From: Octopus bimaculoides
Lineage: Eukaryota
DNA: 64,000 bases
Assembly (NCBI RefSeq): GCF_001194135.2
Contig: NC_069004.1
Location: 3,315,921-3,379,920 of the forward strand
Reading direction: 5' to 3'
Translations under genes and position numbers: made by a program
Notes under the pieces: model-generated
Databases searched by the model: none
Told to the model about the DNA's origin: nothing
Seen by the model: only the letters and a program-made list of their open reading frames with translations
Shown: one piece after another, positions 37,001 through 51,369 of the stretch
How positions within the stretch are numbered: position 1 is the first letter of the stretch
Layout of the letters: every line of letters starts with the position of its first letter

Positions 37001-40000
37001 TAAAAACATATAAGAAATTTCCTTTTAATTTCTTAGCAACTTGTGGGCCTGCTTGATTCAAGTCAAGCTGGAGCTAAACAAGATGCCTACACTAGAAAAT
37101 CTGAAACCAGTGTGCTTACCGTTTTCTCAAGGATTGCATAGCCAGCGTCAGCAGTTGCAGACTCACGTTCTTCAATCACCCGTTTCATAGGAATAACGGG
37201 ACCAATGATATTTACATTTGTCTTCTTAAAACCTTCTTTGATGGCTTCTTTTTGAGCGTTCAATGTTTTCGCCCACTTTTCCATGTCCTAGAAGAAAAAA
37301 AAAATAAATAAAACACCACTTGAAAAACAACAAAAGTTCCTATCTCTTTAAAATAGCAACATACTGGATCAAATTAGACTGTTATCTTAACTAACCCTTT
37401 AGCAGTCACATTATTTTGAATTAATCATTATCTGGTACCTTCGAGATTTTACGATGTGACTGTATAGTTTTAGAATGACATTGTAGGATAGGTGTGAAAG
37501 GCCAGATATGGCTAGTGTGAGCATAAAAATAGAAATTTTTCAACCGGATGTGGCTGTTTTAAATGCTGAAGGGTTAAGGTAGTGTTCCCTAACTTTTTCC
37601 GTCTTAGAGAACCCTTGAAGTATCAGGGAATGCCTGCATAAAAATGTATTACAAATAATTATTAATTTTTTCCTTTCTTGCTTATGAAGTTAAAATTTCA
37701 TTAACAGGTCAAACAAATCATAAATCAGTTTCGGAAAGGGTTCTGCGTTATAGTAACGCCATCAGATACGACAAAGAGTCGCTTGTAATTATACTATACA
37801 CAATTATGATTAATAAAACAAACCGACCAATAGTTTTCTCTCTGTTCCAAATTTACTGGTGTTAAGTTGCACTATTTTATACTAGATTTTAAATGAAACC
37901 ACCCCACTAAAAAGAAAAAAAAAAAAAAAAAAAAAAAAAACTGGGGTGTGACANNNNNNNNNNGTGGACTTTGGGCTCAAAGTACCTTTGCAATTTTTTT
38001 GGCAATCTTCACTTTTTCTTTCTTGTCTTCCTTCTTTTTGCCTCTGTTGTCTCCATCTTTGTCATCACATTGCTGACCGCCAGCCCCAGTTGGAGCAGGT
38101 AGGTAAGTGGATTTCTCAGCATCCCAGTACAAAAATTGGCACGTGGAAGCATTGTAATAATACTGAAAATAGATAATAAACAAGAAACACATTATTATTG
38201 CCGTTGTCATTGTATTACCTCCGCCTTAGCGAAGCCACATTCTGAGTATAGATTTTGTCGAGGTCAACTTTGTCATTCATCCCTTAGAAGGTTTGAGAAG
38301 TAACCAATTGAATACTGGGAATAATAAAGCCCGGCATTTGATTGGTTACTTTATCTAAAGCAGCCTTGATGTGAATGGAATCATAGCAGAAGGATGATGA
38401 AGACGATGATGATGATGATGATGATAAGAGTTATTTAAACACAGCTAAGCTTATTTCATTAGAAGTGCAGTCATAAACAGAAAACAAAAGGGAGCAGCAA
38501 AGTATTTAAAAGTGTGTCTTACTTGAGAGTTGGCATCGTAGTAGAGTCCAGTGGAAGGATCATAGTAATATCCAGAGCTGTCGTCGTATTGATAGGTACA
38601 AACATCAGGCGATGCTGTAAAGAAAACGGATAACAATATACAGAGGGGGAGCATTCATCTTTACACTGACAATTTACTGAATGTACACACACACACACTC
38701 GAATATAAAACATCATCATCATTTTAATGTCCAGTTTTCCATGTCGGCATGGGTCAGATGGAGTTAACTGATGCAGATTTTCTATGGCTGGACGCCCTTC
38801 CTGTCACCAACCCTTGCCTGTTCCCAAGGGAGGTAATATTTCCCCAATGGCCAGACATGATTTGCAGATGATCAGAAATAAACGACACTGCTTGTATGAG
38901 AGTCACATTCATTTACAACTATCCAGCAAAGTCAAGGACAAGGAGACACACAGACACATGATGAGGTTCCAAACAGTATTCAATCAATCAAATTTAATCG
39001 CAAAGCACTGATAGGCCTGGGGGGCTATAGCAGAAGACACTTGCCCAATGTACCATGCAATGGAACTGAACCCGAAACCATGTGGTTGCAAAGTGAGCTT
39101 TATAATCACACAGCCATGACTGTGCCTGACGTTATGTTCTGAGTTCAAATTCAGCCGAGGTCGACTTTGCCTTTCATCCTTTCGGGGTCGATTAAATAAG
39201 TACCAGTTATGCACTGGAGTCAATGTAATCAACTTAATCCCTTTGTCTGTCCTTGTTTGTCCCGTCTATGTTTAGCCCCTTGTGGGCAATAAAGAAATAA
39301 ATATATATACACATACACACACACATATGAGGGGGTGTTGAAAAGTTCCTGGCTTTAAGGGTATCGCAAAAGGCCTGGTTAGAAGTTCAGCCTTCCAAGT
39401 TCTTTTTTTACAGGGCTTAGAAAAAAACTGAAGGACTGCTGCAATAAGTGTGTGAATCTGAGAGGGGAATATGTTGAATAAAATCATAATTAACCGATCG
39501 TCCTGTATTTTCTTTTACCCAAAACCAGGAACTTGTCACCCGCCCCCCTCGTGTTTACACACACAAACTTATATGAATGAAAAATATTTGACAGAAAAAT
39601 GTTAGGAAGTTCAAAAATTTACATGAGAATTCTTACAATATACTGGTTGTAGGTTTATTGGGAATAAGGAGGAGTTAGATAAGATAGAACAGAGACAGAA
39701 TTTGAGAGAGAGAAGGGAGTAAAAAAAAACATGAGCTGTGTAGAACTTTAGAAACTTACGATATTTGGGGTACTCGTCATTGACTGGCATTCCTGTTGGC
39801 GTCTGAAAGGCAGGTTGTGAACTCTGTAGTACAGGCAGTTTGGAAACGGTTGGCGAGCCTTTATGTGTAGAACTATCAGTGATTGTGCTGCCGTCTGCAT
39901 TCACATCGACAGTGGTGGGTGCGCCGACTGTTACGGCGGCTGCCGTGGCTGCGGTTCCAGCTGCTGATAGCGCCTGGGAAGACTGTGAAGATGGAGAAAG

Positions 40001-41102
40001 ATTTTTTTGTTGTGACCAATTCTGAGCCAGATGGGCCAAACGCTGCTCGGGAGACATTTCAGCCAATTTCTGTTGTTCTTGCACCTTGAAAACGACAAGC
40101 TGACCATTACAAACCATTGGTAAATGGCCAATGAGAGGCACAAGTTGACCTCGAAATTAAAATCTTGCTGAAGTCAACTCTACCTTTCATTATTTTGGGA
40201 GGGTGTTGATAAAATAAAGTACCAGTCAAGTACTGGGGTCTGGTTTAATCAACTAGCCCTTCCCCACAAAATTTGTGGCCTTGCATCTAAGCTAAAAGTA
40301 CCAGTAACATGTTAGGGACAATACAATTGTTTTGTAGCCTTCACCTTAAATGAGTGGCATTGTGTCGAGGATTGGCAGAATGGTGGAGCAACGAACAAAA
40401 ATACCTGGTGGTATCTAGTTACAGCTATTTTTTATCTTGAGTTCAAATCTAGCCATGGTCAACTTTGCTTACCATTCTTCTGAGTTTGATGAAATAAAGA
40501 AGCAGTCGATTATTAATTAGACTAATTCAATCAATCACACTGCACTGAGATCAAGTACCAATATTTATTATCAATCATATCCAGAAACCACTCCTTGCCT
40601 TCAAGTGGAATCATAATTTCCATCCATCCACACAACCGTGTAGTGTGTCTGTCACACACACCTCTTAGCCTTTTATTGGTTCCAGTAAAAGGACTTGTGG
40701 CCATATCGGGGTACTGCTTTCAGGGTTTATGTTCTAGTTGACCCAGTAACCCTAAAGTCTGGTACTCATTTTATTGACTGCAGTAGACAGAATGACAAAG
40801 TCAATCTGGGTGCAACACAGAAGGAACCACATATCATAAAATATTTTTTGTTCAACACACTGATTTTCCACTTCAATACACAGTCACATGCCTACACACA
40901 TACACACACATATATGAGCTTCTTCCTCTTTCTGCTGCCAAATCCATCTAATCAGCTAGATATTATAGTAGAAGAAACTTGCCCAAGGTGCCGCTTGTGC
41001 CAATATATATATAAAAGCAAGAATGGAACACAAGGGGGAACAAGTACTGCAAAATACTTCATCTAGTGTTCTAATAATCCTGCCAATTCAGAGCCTACAT
41101 AC

Positions 41103-41144
<42 letters not shown>

Positions 41145-44100
41145 AAAATAAAAAATAATAATAAGGCAGAATGCTAAACTGGAAGCATATTTTAATNNNN
41201 NNNNNNNNNNNNNNNNNNNNNNNNNNNNNNNNNNNNNNNNNNNNNNNNNNNNNNNNNNNNNNNNNNNNNNNNNNNNNNNNNNNNNNNNNNNNNNNNNNNN
41301 NNNNNNNNNNNNNNNNNNNNNNNNNNNNNNNNNNNNNNNNNNNNNNNNNNNNNNNNNNNNNNNNNNNNNNNNNNNNNNNNNNNNNNNNNNNNNNNNNNNN
41401 NNNNNNNNNNNNNNNNNNNNNNNNNNNNNNNNNNNNNNNNNNNNNNNNNNNNNNNNNNNNNNNNNNNNNNNNNNNNNNNNNNNNNNNNNNNNNNNNNNNN
41501 NNNNNNNNNNNNNNNNNNNNNNNNNNNNNNNNNNNNNNNNNNNNNNNNNNNNNNNNNNNNNNNNNNNNNNNNNNNNNNNNNNNNNNNNNNNNNNNNNNNN
41601 NNNNNNNNNNNNNNNNNNNNNNNNNNNNNNNNNNNNNNNNNNNNNNNNNNNNNNNNNNNNNNNNNNNNNNNNNNNNNNNNNNNNNNNNNNNNNNNNNNNN
41701 NNNNNNNNNNGTATTGGTATAGTTATTTTTTTATATATTATTTTCTTCATTTTGTACTTCTTTGTAAAAAACATTTTCATTCTCCCTCTTCTTGAAAATT
41801 TGCTTCGCAATAAAAGCCGGTTAGAGAAATCTTTATTAAAACATGCTTCCAGTTTAGCATTCTGCCTTATTATTATTTTTCATTTTCCTATTATTTCTCC
41901 ACGTGCGGTTAACAAAACCCCACTATTTACTGACTTATATATAGATATATATATACACATGCATGCACACACACACAGCATATACTCTTCTATAATATGA
42001 ATAATTATTTTATAGATAAATTCATTTATATACATACATACTTATATATGTAAACTCCCTTCCCAACAGGGTTGCCAGACTGGACTACAAATGGCAGATT
42101 AACACTTTTTTTTTTTAGGACCGTTATAAAAAGTTGAAGTCTTGTCTTAAGACTACAAAACCCATTATGATAGATCTCTGTGACACTGAAATGATTAATA
42201 GAAGAAACACTTGGCAGAACGGGATGCTCGTCCACTGCAATGTTACCACTCTCCGACCATTGCTGCTGCTTCGTGCTGAAGTGAATGCACTTAAAATAGC
42301 ATACAATACGTGCTTCACTCAAAGTAGCATGCCACCAGGTTCAAATTAAGAAACTGATTGAATATCATAATTGTGCTGGGATGGTTTGACAGGATCCAAT
42401 GCTCCAGAAGACTGTCAAACACTAACATCTGCTTTGGCCTGGTCTCTGTGGCTGGACACCCTTCCTAACACCAGTATGACTGCCAAGTAATTTGCAAGAC
42501 AAAGAGAAAATAAGAAACCCATTCAAGTGAGTGGGATTATAGCAGAACTGGTTTTGTATTGGGAGTTGAGAAGCTAAAGCAGAGATACTCAACTATTTTT
42601 TACTTATGGGCCCCTTTGATCCCTATTTTACTCGGGCGGACCCATGTAGCTATTTGATATTTAAAAAGCTGTAGTATATTTTTAAATATTATTAGAAACT
42701 GCATTAAAAAAAAATTGTTAAAATATTTTGTGCAATGCAGAAGTATAACCAGTTTGTGGCAATTAATTTTAAAAACAAACCTTGGCCATATGAATCCCAG
42801 TTAAGAATCACTGGGCTAAAATATGATAGGGACACTTTTTGGGATACTTTTTGAAAAATTTTCAAAGATTTCGGGGAAATAGATCTGGCAACCCTTTTTT
42901 TCCTAAAGTGCGAAAGAGACCATATTCCAAGTGCAAACTGTTTGCTTTACCTGTTTCTGATAATGTTTCTGGTACTGTTTAGCAGCTTGAGCTTGTTGGA
43001 TGGCAGCCTGTGCTACAGCAGCTGCAGCGTTGGTGGAATCGGCTATTTGAAACACACAAGAAGAACAAGAAGAAATGAGCTTTAACACCAACTTCAGAAA
43101 CCTCAGACAAAAACACAAGAACTCACATTTACAGCAATTACGATATTTAACGAAGCTAGTGATTTATTTATCATCATTGTTTTTAACATCCACTTTTGCA
43201 TGCTTGCACTGGCCAGACAGCGTTTATTGGGGCAAATATTCTACAGCTGGATACTCTTGTTGTCACCAACCTTCACTTGTATCCAAGCAAGGTAATATTT
43301 CCCCTATGGCCAGACATGTTTTTGTAGAATATTGGAAACGAAGGCCATTCATTTACAACAATCAAATGATGTCAAGACAAAGAGATGCAAACATGCGCGC
43401 GCACACAAACAGATTTCTTTCAATTTGTCTGTCATATTCACTGAGAATGCTTTGGTCAGCTTGGGACTATAGTAAAAGACATTTGCCCAAGGTGCCGTGC
43501 AGTTGGATTGAACCTGAAACTACATAGTTGAGAAACAAGCTTTTTAACTACACAGCCATGCCTATTATTCATCATCATCATTTAACGTCTGTCTTCCATG
43601 CTGGCATGAGTTGAGCAGTTTCACAGGAACTGGCAAGCCAGAGGACTGCACCCAGTTCCACTGTCAGTTTTGACATGGTTTTACAGCTGGATGCCCCTCC
43701 AAATGCCAACCACTTTACAGAGTGGACCATCATTCACAAAATGCATAATACATACATACACACATACATATATATAAATATACAAAAATAGCAACCAATC
43801 CTGTAAGGACTACTGTACCTAACATTAAGGGGATTAGAGATAGATAGGAAAAAGATAGAAATATAGAAAGGGGAGAGAGGGAGAGAAAGTTAAATTTTAT
43901 TTAAGGAGAAAGATGGATAGCTAAAGAGAGAGAGAGAGAGAGAACATGGGAAGTAGATAATGATACCTTGATGGGTGTAATTTTGGTTGTAGTAACTGGA
44001 GTCATAACCTTGACCTTGGCCATAGTGAGGATTATTTTGGTCGTAGAATGTTGAATGTTCATAACCAGAAGGATTATAATAATAATCACCATGTTGCTGA

Positions 44101-46306
44101 TCATAGTTCCAGGAACGCTGCTGAGAAAAACAATAAGAAAACCGACAAACATTCATTAGTAAACAATACTGACAGGAATCTATGGCTTCTTGGGCATTAC
44201 TTAGCTACAAGATCTACCCTAGATCTTTTATTTTCTAACTTTTTATGCAGTCGTCCTTGGGCTCCAAGAACTGCAGCATGAAAAAAAAAAGAAAGAAAGA
44301 AAACAGCTAAGCGGATATGATTTTTGGTTCATAATCATGTAGTTTTGGGTTTTATCTCACTGTGGCACCATAATCAAGGTGCCATTTAGTTCAGTTGGAA
44401 TTACCTCTGTTCACACTGCAGTTGTCTTTTAACATCCAGTTTTGCAAGCTCCATAGCGGTTGGAGAGAATTTATCGAGGCAGATTTTATGTGGTTAAATG
44501 CCATATCTGTCACCAAAGCCTTAACTGTTTCCGATCATGGTAAATATTTACCAAAGGCCAGACATCTTTTCACTGAAGATCGGAAATTAAGGATACTCAT
44601 TCACAACCGTTATGCAGTCAAAATAAGGAGACACACACAGCTGTGAATCTAACATGGCTCCAATGGAACAGAGCAGCAGCTAAATGCACACACCAGTTAA
44701 ACAGACTGCACATGTAGCTGGACGGTCAACACAATCTGTTGCTATGCTTTAATACAATGACCTGGTTCATTGGATGCCATTAGTTAAATCCACACTGGTG
44801 CAAGCATTATGGACAGGTCTCTGGGTGGAGAATAACTCCATCCACATCCCGACTCCACCAGCCGAAGGGCCCTACAAAAAGATCAGGTGTGTCACCCTCT
44901 CTTCCCTAAGTCATAAGGCACAAAGAAACGGAAACAGACATACAAATACTTGCTTGCTTCATCACCAGTGACACATGACCTGATCAATAAGTACCCGGTC
45001 TGTTGTCATGGGAACGAAGCTAAACCAAACAGATTGATCTTGAACTCTGCGCACTAAGTTTTAACGAGCTAACTCACTTCTGCTGTTTACAGCAGTGCTT
45101 GGAAGGAATGTGTGTAGCGTGTGATCGTTGCATTGATCATGACAGAGAAAGCTGAGCAGAGGATCTGCATCAAATTTTGCCAAAAGCTTGGCGACGCCTG
45201 CTCAGGGGCCTACGCAAAAAAGTTTTCATCGTTCTTGACACAATCAAAGAAATCTTGTGCATGGTCAGCTGAAAGCAGTTTTGGCACAAAACTTTGTCGT
45301 GGTCAACGCAATGATTACACACTACACACCTTCCTTCCAAGCACTGCTGTAAACAGCGGAAGTGAACTAGAACGTTAAAACTTAGTGCACATGCACAGCA
45401 GAGGTCAAGGTCAATCTTTGCCAAGCGGCTTCACTCTGCGTGCTTTAGCTTTGTTACTATGGCAACAGTCCGGATACTTATTGATCAGACCTTGTATATG
45501 CATTTGGAATGGAAAACAGAGAGAGAGAGAGAGAGAGAGGAGCAGGAAAGAGAGAATGAGTAGTAGTTTAACAGATCATCAATTATGGTTTCCCACACCA
45601 TCCGATCATAGTGAAATTACCTTACTCACCATTTGACCTCCCGTGTATGAGTTAGGTCGACTGTTTAGTGTTGCCATTCTATGGGAAGATAAAGAAGGAA
45701 AAAAGAAAAAATGAAAAGAAAACCGACATTAGCAGAGCAGATAAGTTTGTGAGATTTATGAATTTTATGCAAACATATACGTTAATTAAAGGAGAGGAAG
45801 GGATTAGCATAATCTGTAATCCCCCCACTGATGTGTCATGATCAAGTTTACATCCTTGGGTTAATTAGTTCACGGTAAAAAAAAAAAGGAAAAAAAAGAA
45901 AATTACAATATATATGTACACACACACACACCTTATACTTGTTTTAGTCACTGGACTGTAGCCATGCTGGAGCACCACCTTGAAGGATTGTCAAACAAAC
46001 TGCACCCCACTTATGTCGATTCATTCAAGTAAAAATTCTTCAAGGCAGTGCTGCCCCAGCATGGCCACAGTCTAATGACTGAAACAAGTAAAACAAACGA
46101 TATACATACATACATTCTTTTATTCTTTTACTTGTTGCAGCCATGCTGGAGCACCGCCTTTACTTGAGCAAATCGACCCCCAGGACCTATTCTTTGTAAG
46201 CCTAGTACTTATTCTATCAGCCTCTTTTGCCGAACCGCTAAGTTATGGGGACATAAACACACCAACATGGGTTGTCAAGCGATGGTGTGTGTATGGGGAA
46301 ATACAG

Positions 46307-46341
<35 letters not shown>

Positions 46342-48686
46342 CGACAGGCTTCTTTCAGTTTCCGTCTACCAAATCCATTCACAAGGCTTTGGTCGGCCCG
46401 AGGCTATAGTAGAAGACACTTGCCGAAGGTGCCATGCAGTGGGACTGAACCCGGAACCATGTGGTAGGGAAGCAAGCTACTTACCACACAGCCACTATAA
46501 TACGTATGTGTGTGTGTGTGTGTGTGAGAGAGAGAAAAAAAGGGGGAGGGGTAGAGAAACCGCTACTTACACCGTGCTGAAGGTGTTCTTGGCAAATGCT
46601 ACCAAGATTAGTTTGCCCTCCACTTCAAAAGGTGGGTTCATCTGGCGTAAATGCTCCAAGACTTGCGTAGACTCGAGGATGGAACCCATTTCGGCAAAAC
46701 CATAGCCCTGTGACGTGTTCGTTAATTCATCACGGATGATCTTAATGTTTTTCAGTGTAAGCGACATTTGCTGGCTCAGTGCTTGCGACAACGTTTCTTC
46801 AGTGGTCAGGGCATCCAAACCACGGAATATCAAAGCTGTAATAAAATATTAAAAAAAAGAAATATAAAAAAAAAAAAGCAAAGAAGTAGAAAGACAATCT
46901 TTAACGCTAGATATATATATATCACTCATGCCTGGTAGGATATATACTAACATCTCTCTGCACGAGGTTCAAATTTAACTTGGGCTCATTTCTGTCCTAT
47001 AATTGGCATTAGGAAGGGCATCCAGCCGTAGAAACCACACCAAAACAAGACATGGAGCCTGAACAGCCCTTCAGCTGGTCAGCTTCTGTCAAACCGTCCA
47101 ACACATGCCAGCATGGAAAACAAATGTAGGATGATGAGTTTCATCTGGACTCAATGAGACACATATAGTAGAATGTGTCTAATTTCCCAGATCTTTATGA
47201 AAGTTCGATTTTTAATTACAATCTTTAATTATAGGTTTGGCTGAGTGATAAGACATTTGCTGCCCAACTACTTGGTTTTGGGGTATGGTCCCACTACATG
47301 GCACCATGGGCAAGTGTCTTCTCCAAAAGCCCCAGGATGACCAAAGCCTTGTAAATAGATTTGGTAGATGGAAACTGAGAGCAGCTTATAGTATATATAT
47401 GTGTGTGTTCCACCTACTGCTTGATAACCAGTGCTGGTTTGTTTACTTTCTGTAACTTAAGACACTAATAGAACAAGAACCTGACTTGAAAAACAAAGGT
47501 ACATCCTAATGTCCCGCCATCATACCTTCACATCCTTCAAAAAGTGGATTAATGTAGTAATCCGATCCCGGCACACTGTTGCTACTGTGAAGGGACCAAG
47601 ACACTCCACCGGACGTACTGCGCACAGGTTGTGCAACACCGAATAGTAAAAACCGAAAGGACAAAAAAAAAAAAGGTTAAAAGGGAAACCTCAAACTTAC
47701 TATTGCAAGGGTTTGTCCCAACTTGATCAAATCCATCTCCTTCTTTGGCTCGTTCTGATTCTGAAAAACCATATCAAGAAGCAATTATAAGCATATCACG
47801 AAGAACTAGAAATTATCTAAAAGATAGATTCTAGAACAGAATCATATATTTGCAGTTCTATATACATATATTTATATTTTGTTTGAATAAATGCCAACTG
47901 CATTCTCTATTCTCTAAACGTTTGTATTTCCTTGTACGTAAGATGAAGTTTATAATTTGCTGATGAAGTCAGAATAAAACTGAAACATGTCTGGTGTTAT
48001 TTGCCTGTACTTGCTGGAAAAATTACTAAAGCAAATCTAGAGCCACATTCCGATTAAGCAAAAGACTGAAATCTCAAGANNNNNNNNNNNGACCCCCAAA
48101 AGAGCATAAAAGAACAGGTAAAGGAGTGAGGGACCTTACCTTCTCGTGACACACTGCATTGGAAACAGAAATCCCTTCGTTTGAAATTGTGAGCTCCACA
48201 CTGAAATGAACAGAATTTTAAAAATATGAGTAACTATTTCCTAAAACATGCCGGGTGCTCTTATGTGGCACCAGCGAAAAAAAGATAAAGAAAAATAAAA
48301 GCCACAGGGCACACCCCTTACTTACCTTCGTACAAACCCAGTCACACTTCTGTACTTTCTCAGGCCCCATTTTGGGCTGACTGTAGTGCATAGTGACATG
48401 GAACTGGTCCTGCAGGTAGAGCGACCCCTGGAAGCAAAAGAAGGAAGTCAGTATAAATGAAACGGAAACCATGTGATAGCAACACATCATCCATTTTGCC
48501 AATGCCATGATCTAGGTTCGGGACACACATCAAGTATGTCTTTGGAAGCCTCAGGTCAACGTGACGTCTAGTAGTAGTAGAAGTAGTAGTAGGTAGTAGT
48601 AGTACTTAATATCAATGTAGGTAGACAAAAGATACAAGTAACATATAAATATATATATATATATTTATCTATATATATATACACAC

Positions 48687-48719
<33 letters not shown>

Positions 48720-50355
48720 CATACATGTATATGTTTTCTCTGTCATTTTTTCTTTTTTTTTTTTTTTACTCTACAGAAGACAGTAAACATCTCTAAAGTA
48801 GAAATAAACACAAAGATTTATGGTTAAAAAAAAATCTACCAAGAAAAAATGTACAATTGCTTTTTTTTTTTTTTTTTNNNNNNNNNNNNNNNNNNNNNNN
48901 NNNNNNNNNNNNNNNNNNNNNNNNNNNNNNNNNNNNNNNNNNNNNNNNNNNNNNNNNNNNNNNNNNNNNNNNNNNNNNNNNNNNNNNNNNNNNNNNNNNN
49001 NNNNNNNNNNNNNNNNNNNNNNNNNNNNNNNNNNNNNNNNNNNNNNNNNNNNNNNNNNNNNNNNNNNNNNNNNNNNNNNNNNNNNNNNNNNNNNNNNNNN
49101 NNNNNNNNNNNNNNNNNNNNNNNNNNNNNNNNNNNNNNNNNNNNNNNNNNNNNNNNNNNNNNNNNNNNNNNNNNNNNNNNNNNNNNNNNNNNNNNNNNNN
49201 NNNNNNNNNNNNNNNNNNNNNNNNNNNNNNNNNNNNNNNNNNNNNNNNNNNNNNNNNNNNNNNNNNNNNNNNNNNNNNNNNNNNNNNNNNNNNNNNNNNN
49301 NNNNNNNNNNNNNNNNNNNNNNNNNNNNNNNNNNNNNNNNNNNNNNNNNNNNNNNNNNNNNNNNNNNNNNNNNNNNNNNNNNNNNNNNNNNNNNNNNNNN
49401 NNNNNNNNNNNNNNNNNNNNNNNNNNNNNNNNNNNNNNNNNNNNNNNNNNNNNNNNNNNNNNNNNNNNNNNNGTGTATGTGTGTGGAGATGGATATTATT
49501 GTTGTGTATATGTGTATATGCGTGTGAGTTATACTAGAAGTTTCAGAAGGATAGTAGTAGTAATAGTAGTAGTAAGAGAGCACTAAAAATAGCAGCTATC
49601 AACATCATCATCATAGTTAATTAATAAATTAATTGGCAGGGTGATAAAAAGAAAAAAAAAAAAAAACTTTGGCAAGGGAAGACATTAAAATAAAAAAATA
49701 TTAAAAAATGGAGCTGCAAAGCTGAGCTGAGGTGAGAAGTTGGATGGGGTTGGGGGGGAGCATGTTTTCAAAGAACGAAGAAAGAGATGACATACAGGAA
49801 ATCATGTGCAAGTTCTGCTGGGAAGCCACGACACAATTTCGCTTTGCAAAGAACAAACATTTGGCTGCTCACTGCTATAGAATCCACATTAAATAAATTA
49901 GGATGGTTCGGAACAAAAATTCGGAACTAATTAAAAAAAAAAAAGGAATTCCTTGGAAACGGATTGTAGGAGGGACACACTAATGATTTTTATTATTACC
50001 TCTGCTTTAGCAAAGGTGTAGGTATTGTTTTCAGTTTGTTTGTTTGTCCGTGGACAAGATATCTCAAGAATCGCTGGATGGATTCAGATGAAACTTTCAA
50101 CAATGTTTGGCTTCGTGACTGGCATGAACTGATTAGAGTTTGGGAGTGATCCAGTACTGGACAAGAATTCTGGATTATTTTTCCAGTTCTTTTACTTAAT
50201 TTTTGAGAGCGATCGGGTTCATTTTTAGTATTCTCATTTGTGAGAGCAGTCGAGTTTATTTCAGATATTCTCATTTTAAAAATCATCTCCAGCTAATCAT
50301 TAAAAGGACGTTGGTGTTGCCTTGGCAGAGGTTTACGCTCTCTGAGTGCTCTTGT

Positions 50356-50407
<52 letters not shown>

Positions 50408-51323
50408 TTTTTTTCTTCTAGTGCTCATCTCAAACAGAGATGTCTTAAAAATGTACGNNNNNNNNNNNNNNNNNNNNNNNNNNNNNNNNNNNNNNNNNNN
50501 NNNNNNNNNNNNNNNNNNNNNNNNNNNNNNNNNNNNNNNNNNNNNNNNNNNNNNNNNNNNNNNNNNNNNNNNNNNNNNNNNNNNNNNNNNNNNNNNNNNN
50601 NNNNNNNNNNNNNNNNNNNNNNNNNNNNNNNNNNNNNNNNNNNNNNNNNNNNNNNNNNNNNNNNNNNNNNNNNNNNNNNNNNNNNNNNNNNNNNNNNNNN
50701 NNNNNNNNNNNNNNNNNNNNNNNNNNNNNNNNNNNNNNNNNNNNNNNNNNNNNNNNNNNNNNNNNNNNNNNNNNNNNNNNNNNNNNNNNNNNNNNNNNNN
50801 NNNNNNNNNNNNNNNNNNNNNNNNNNNNNNNNNNNNNNNNNNNNNNNNNNNNNNNNNNNNNNNNNNNNNNNNNNNNNNNNNNNNNNNNNNNNNNNNNNNN
50901 NNNNNNNNNNNNNNNNNNNNNNNNNNNNNNNNNNNNNNNNNNNNNNNNNNNNNNNNNNNNNNNNNNNNNNNNNNNNNNNNNNNNNNNNNNNNNNNNNNNN
51001 NNNNNNNNNNNNNNNNNNNNNNNNNNNNNNNNNNNNNNNNNNNNNNNNNNNNNNNNNNNNNNNNNNNNNNNNNNNNNNNNNNNNNNNNNNNNNNNNNNNN
51101 NNNNNNNNNNNNNNNNNNNNNNNNNNNNNNNNNNNNNNNNNNNNNNNNNNNNNNNNNNNNNNNNNNNNNNNNNNNNNNNNNNNNNNNNNNNNNNNNNNNN
51201 NNNNNNNNNNNNNNNNNNNNNNNNNNNNNNNNNNNNNNNNNNNNNNNNNNNNNNNNNNNNNNNNNNNNNNNNNNNNNNNNNNNNNNNNNNNNNNNNNNNN
51301 NNNNNNNNNNNNNNNNNNNNNNN

Positions 51324-51369
<46 letters not shown>

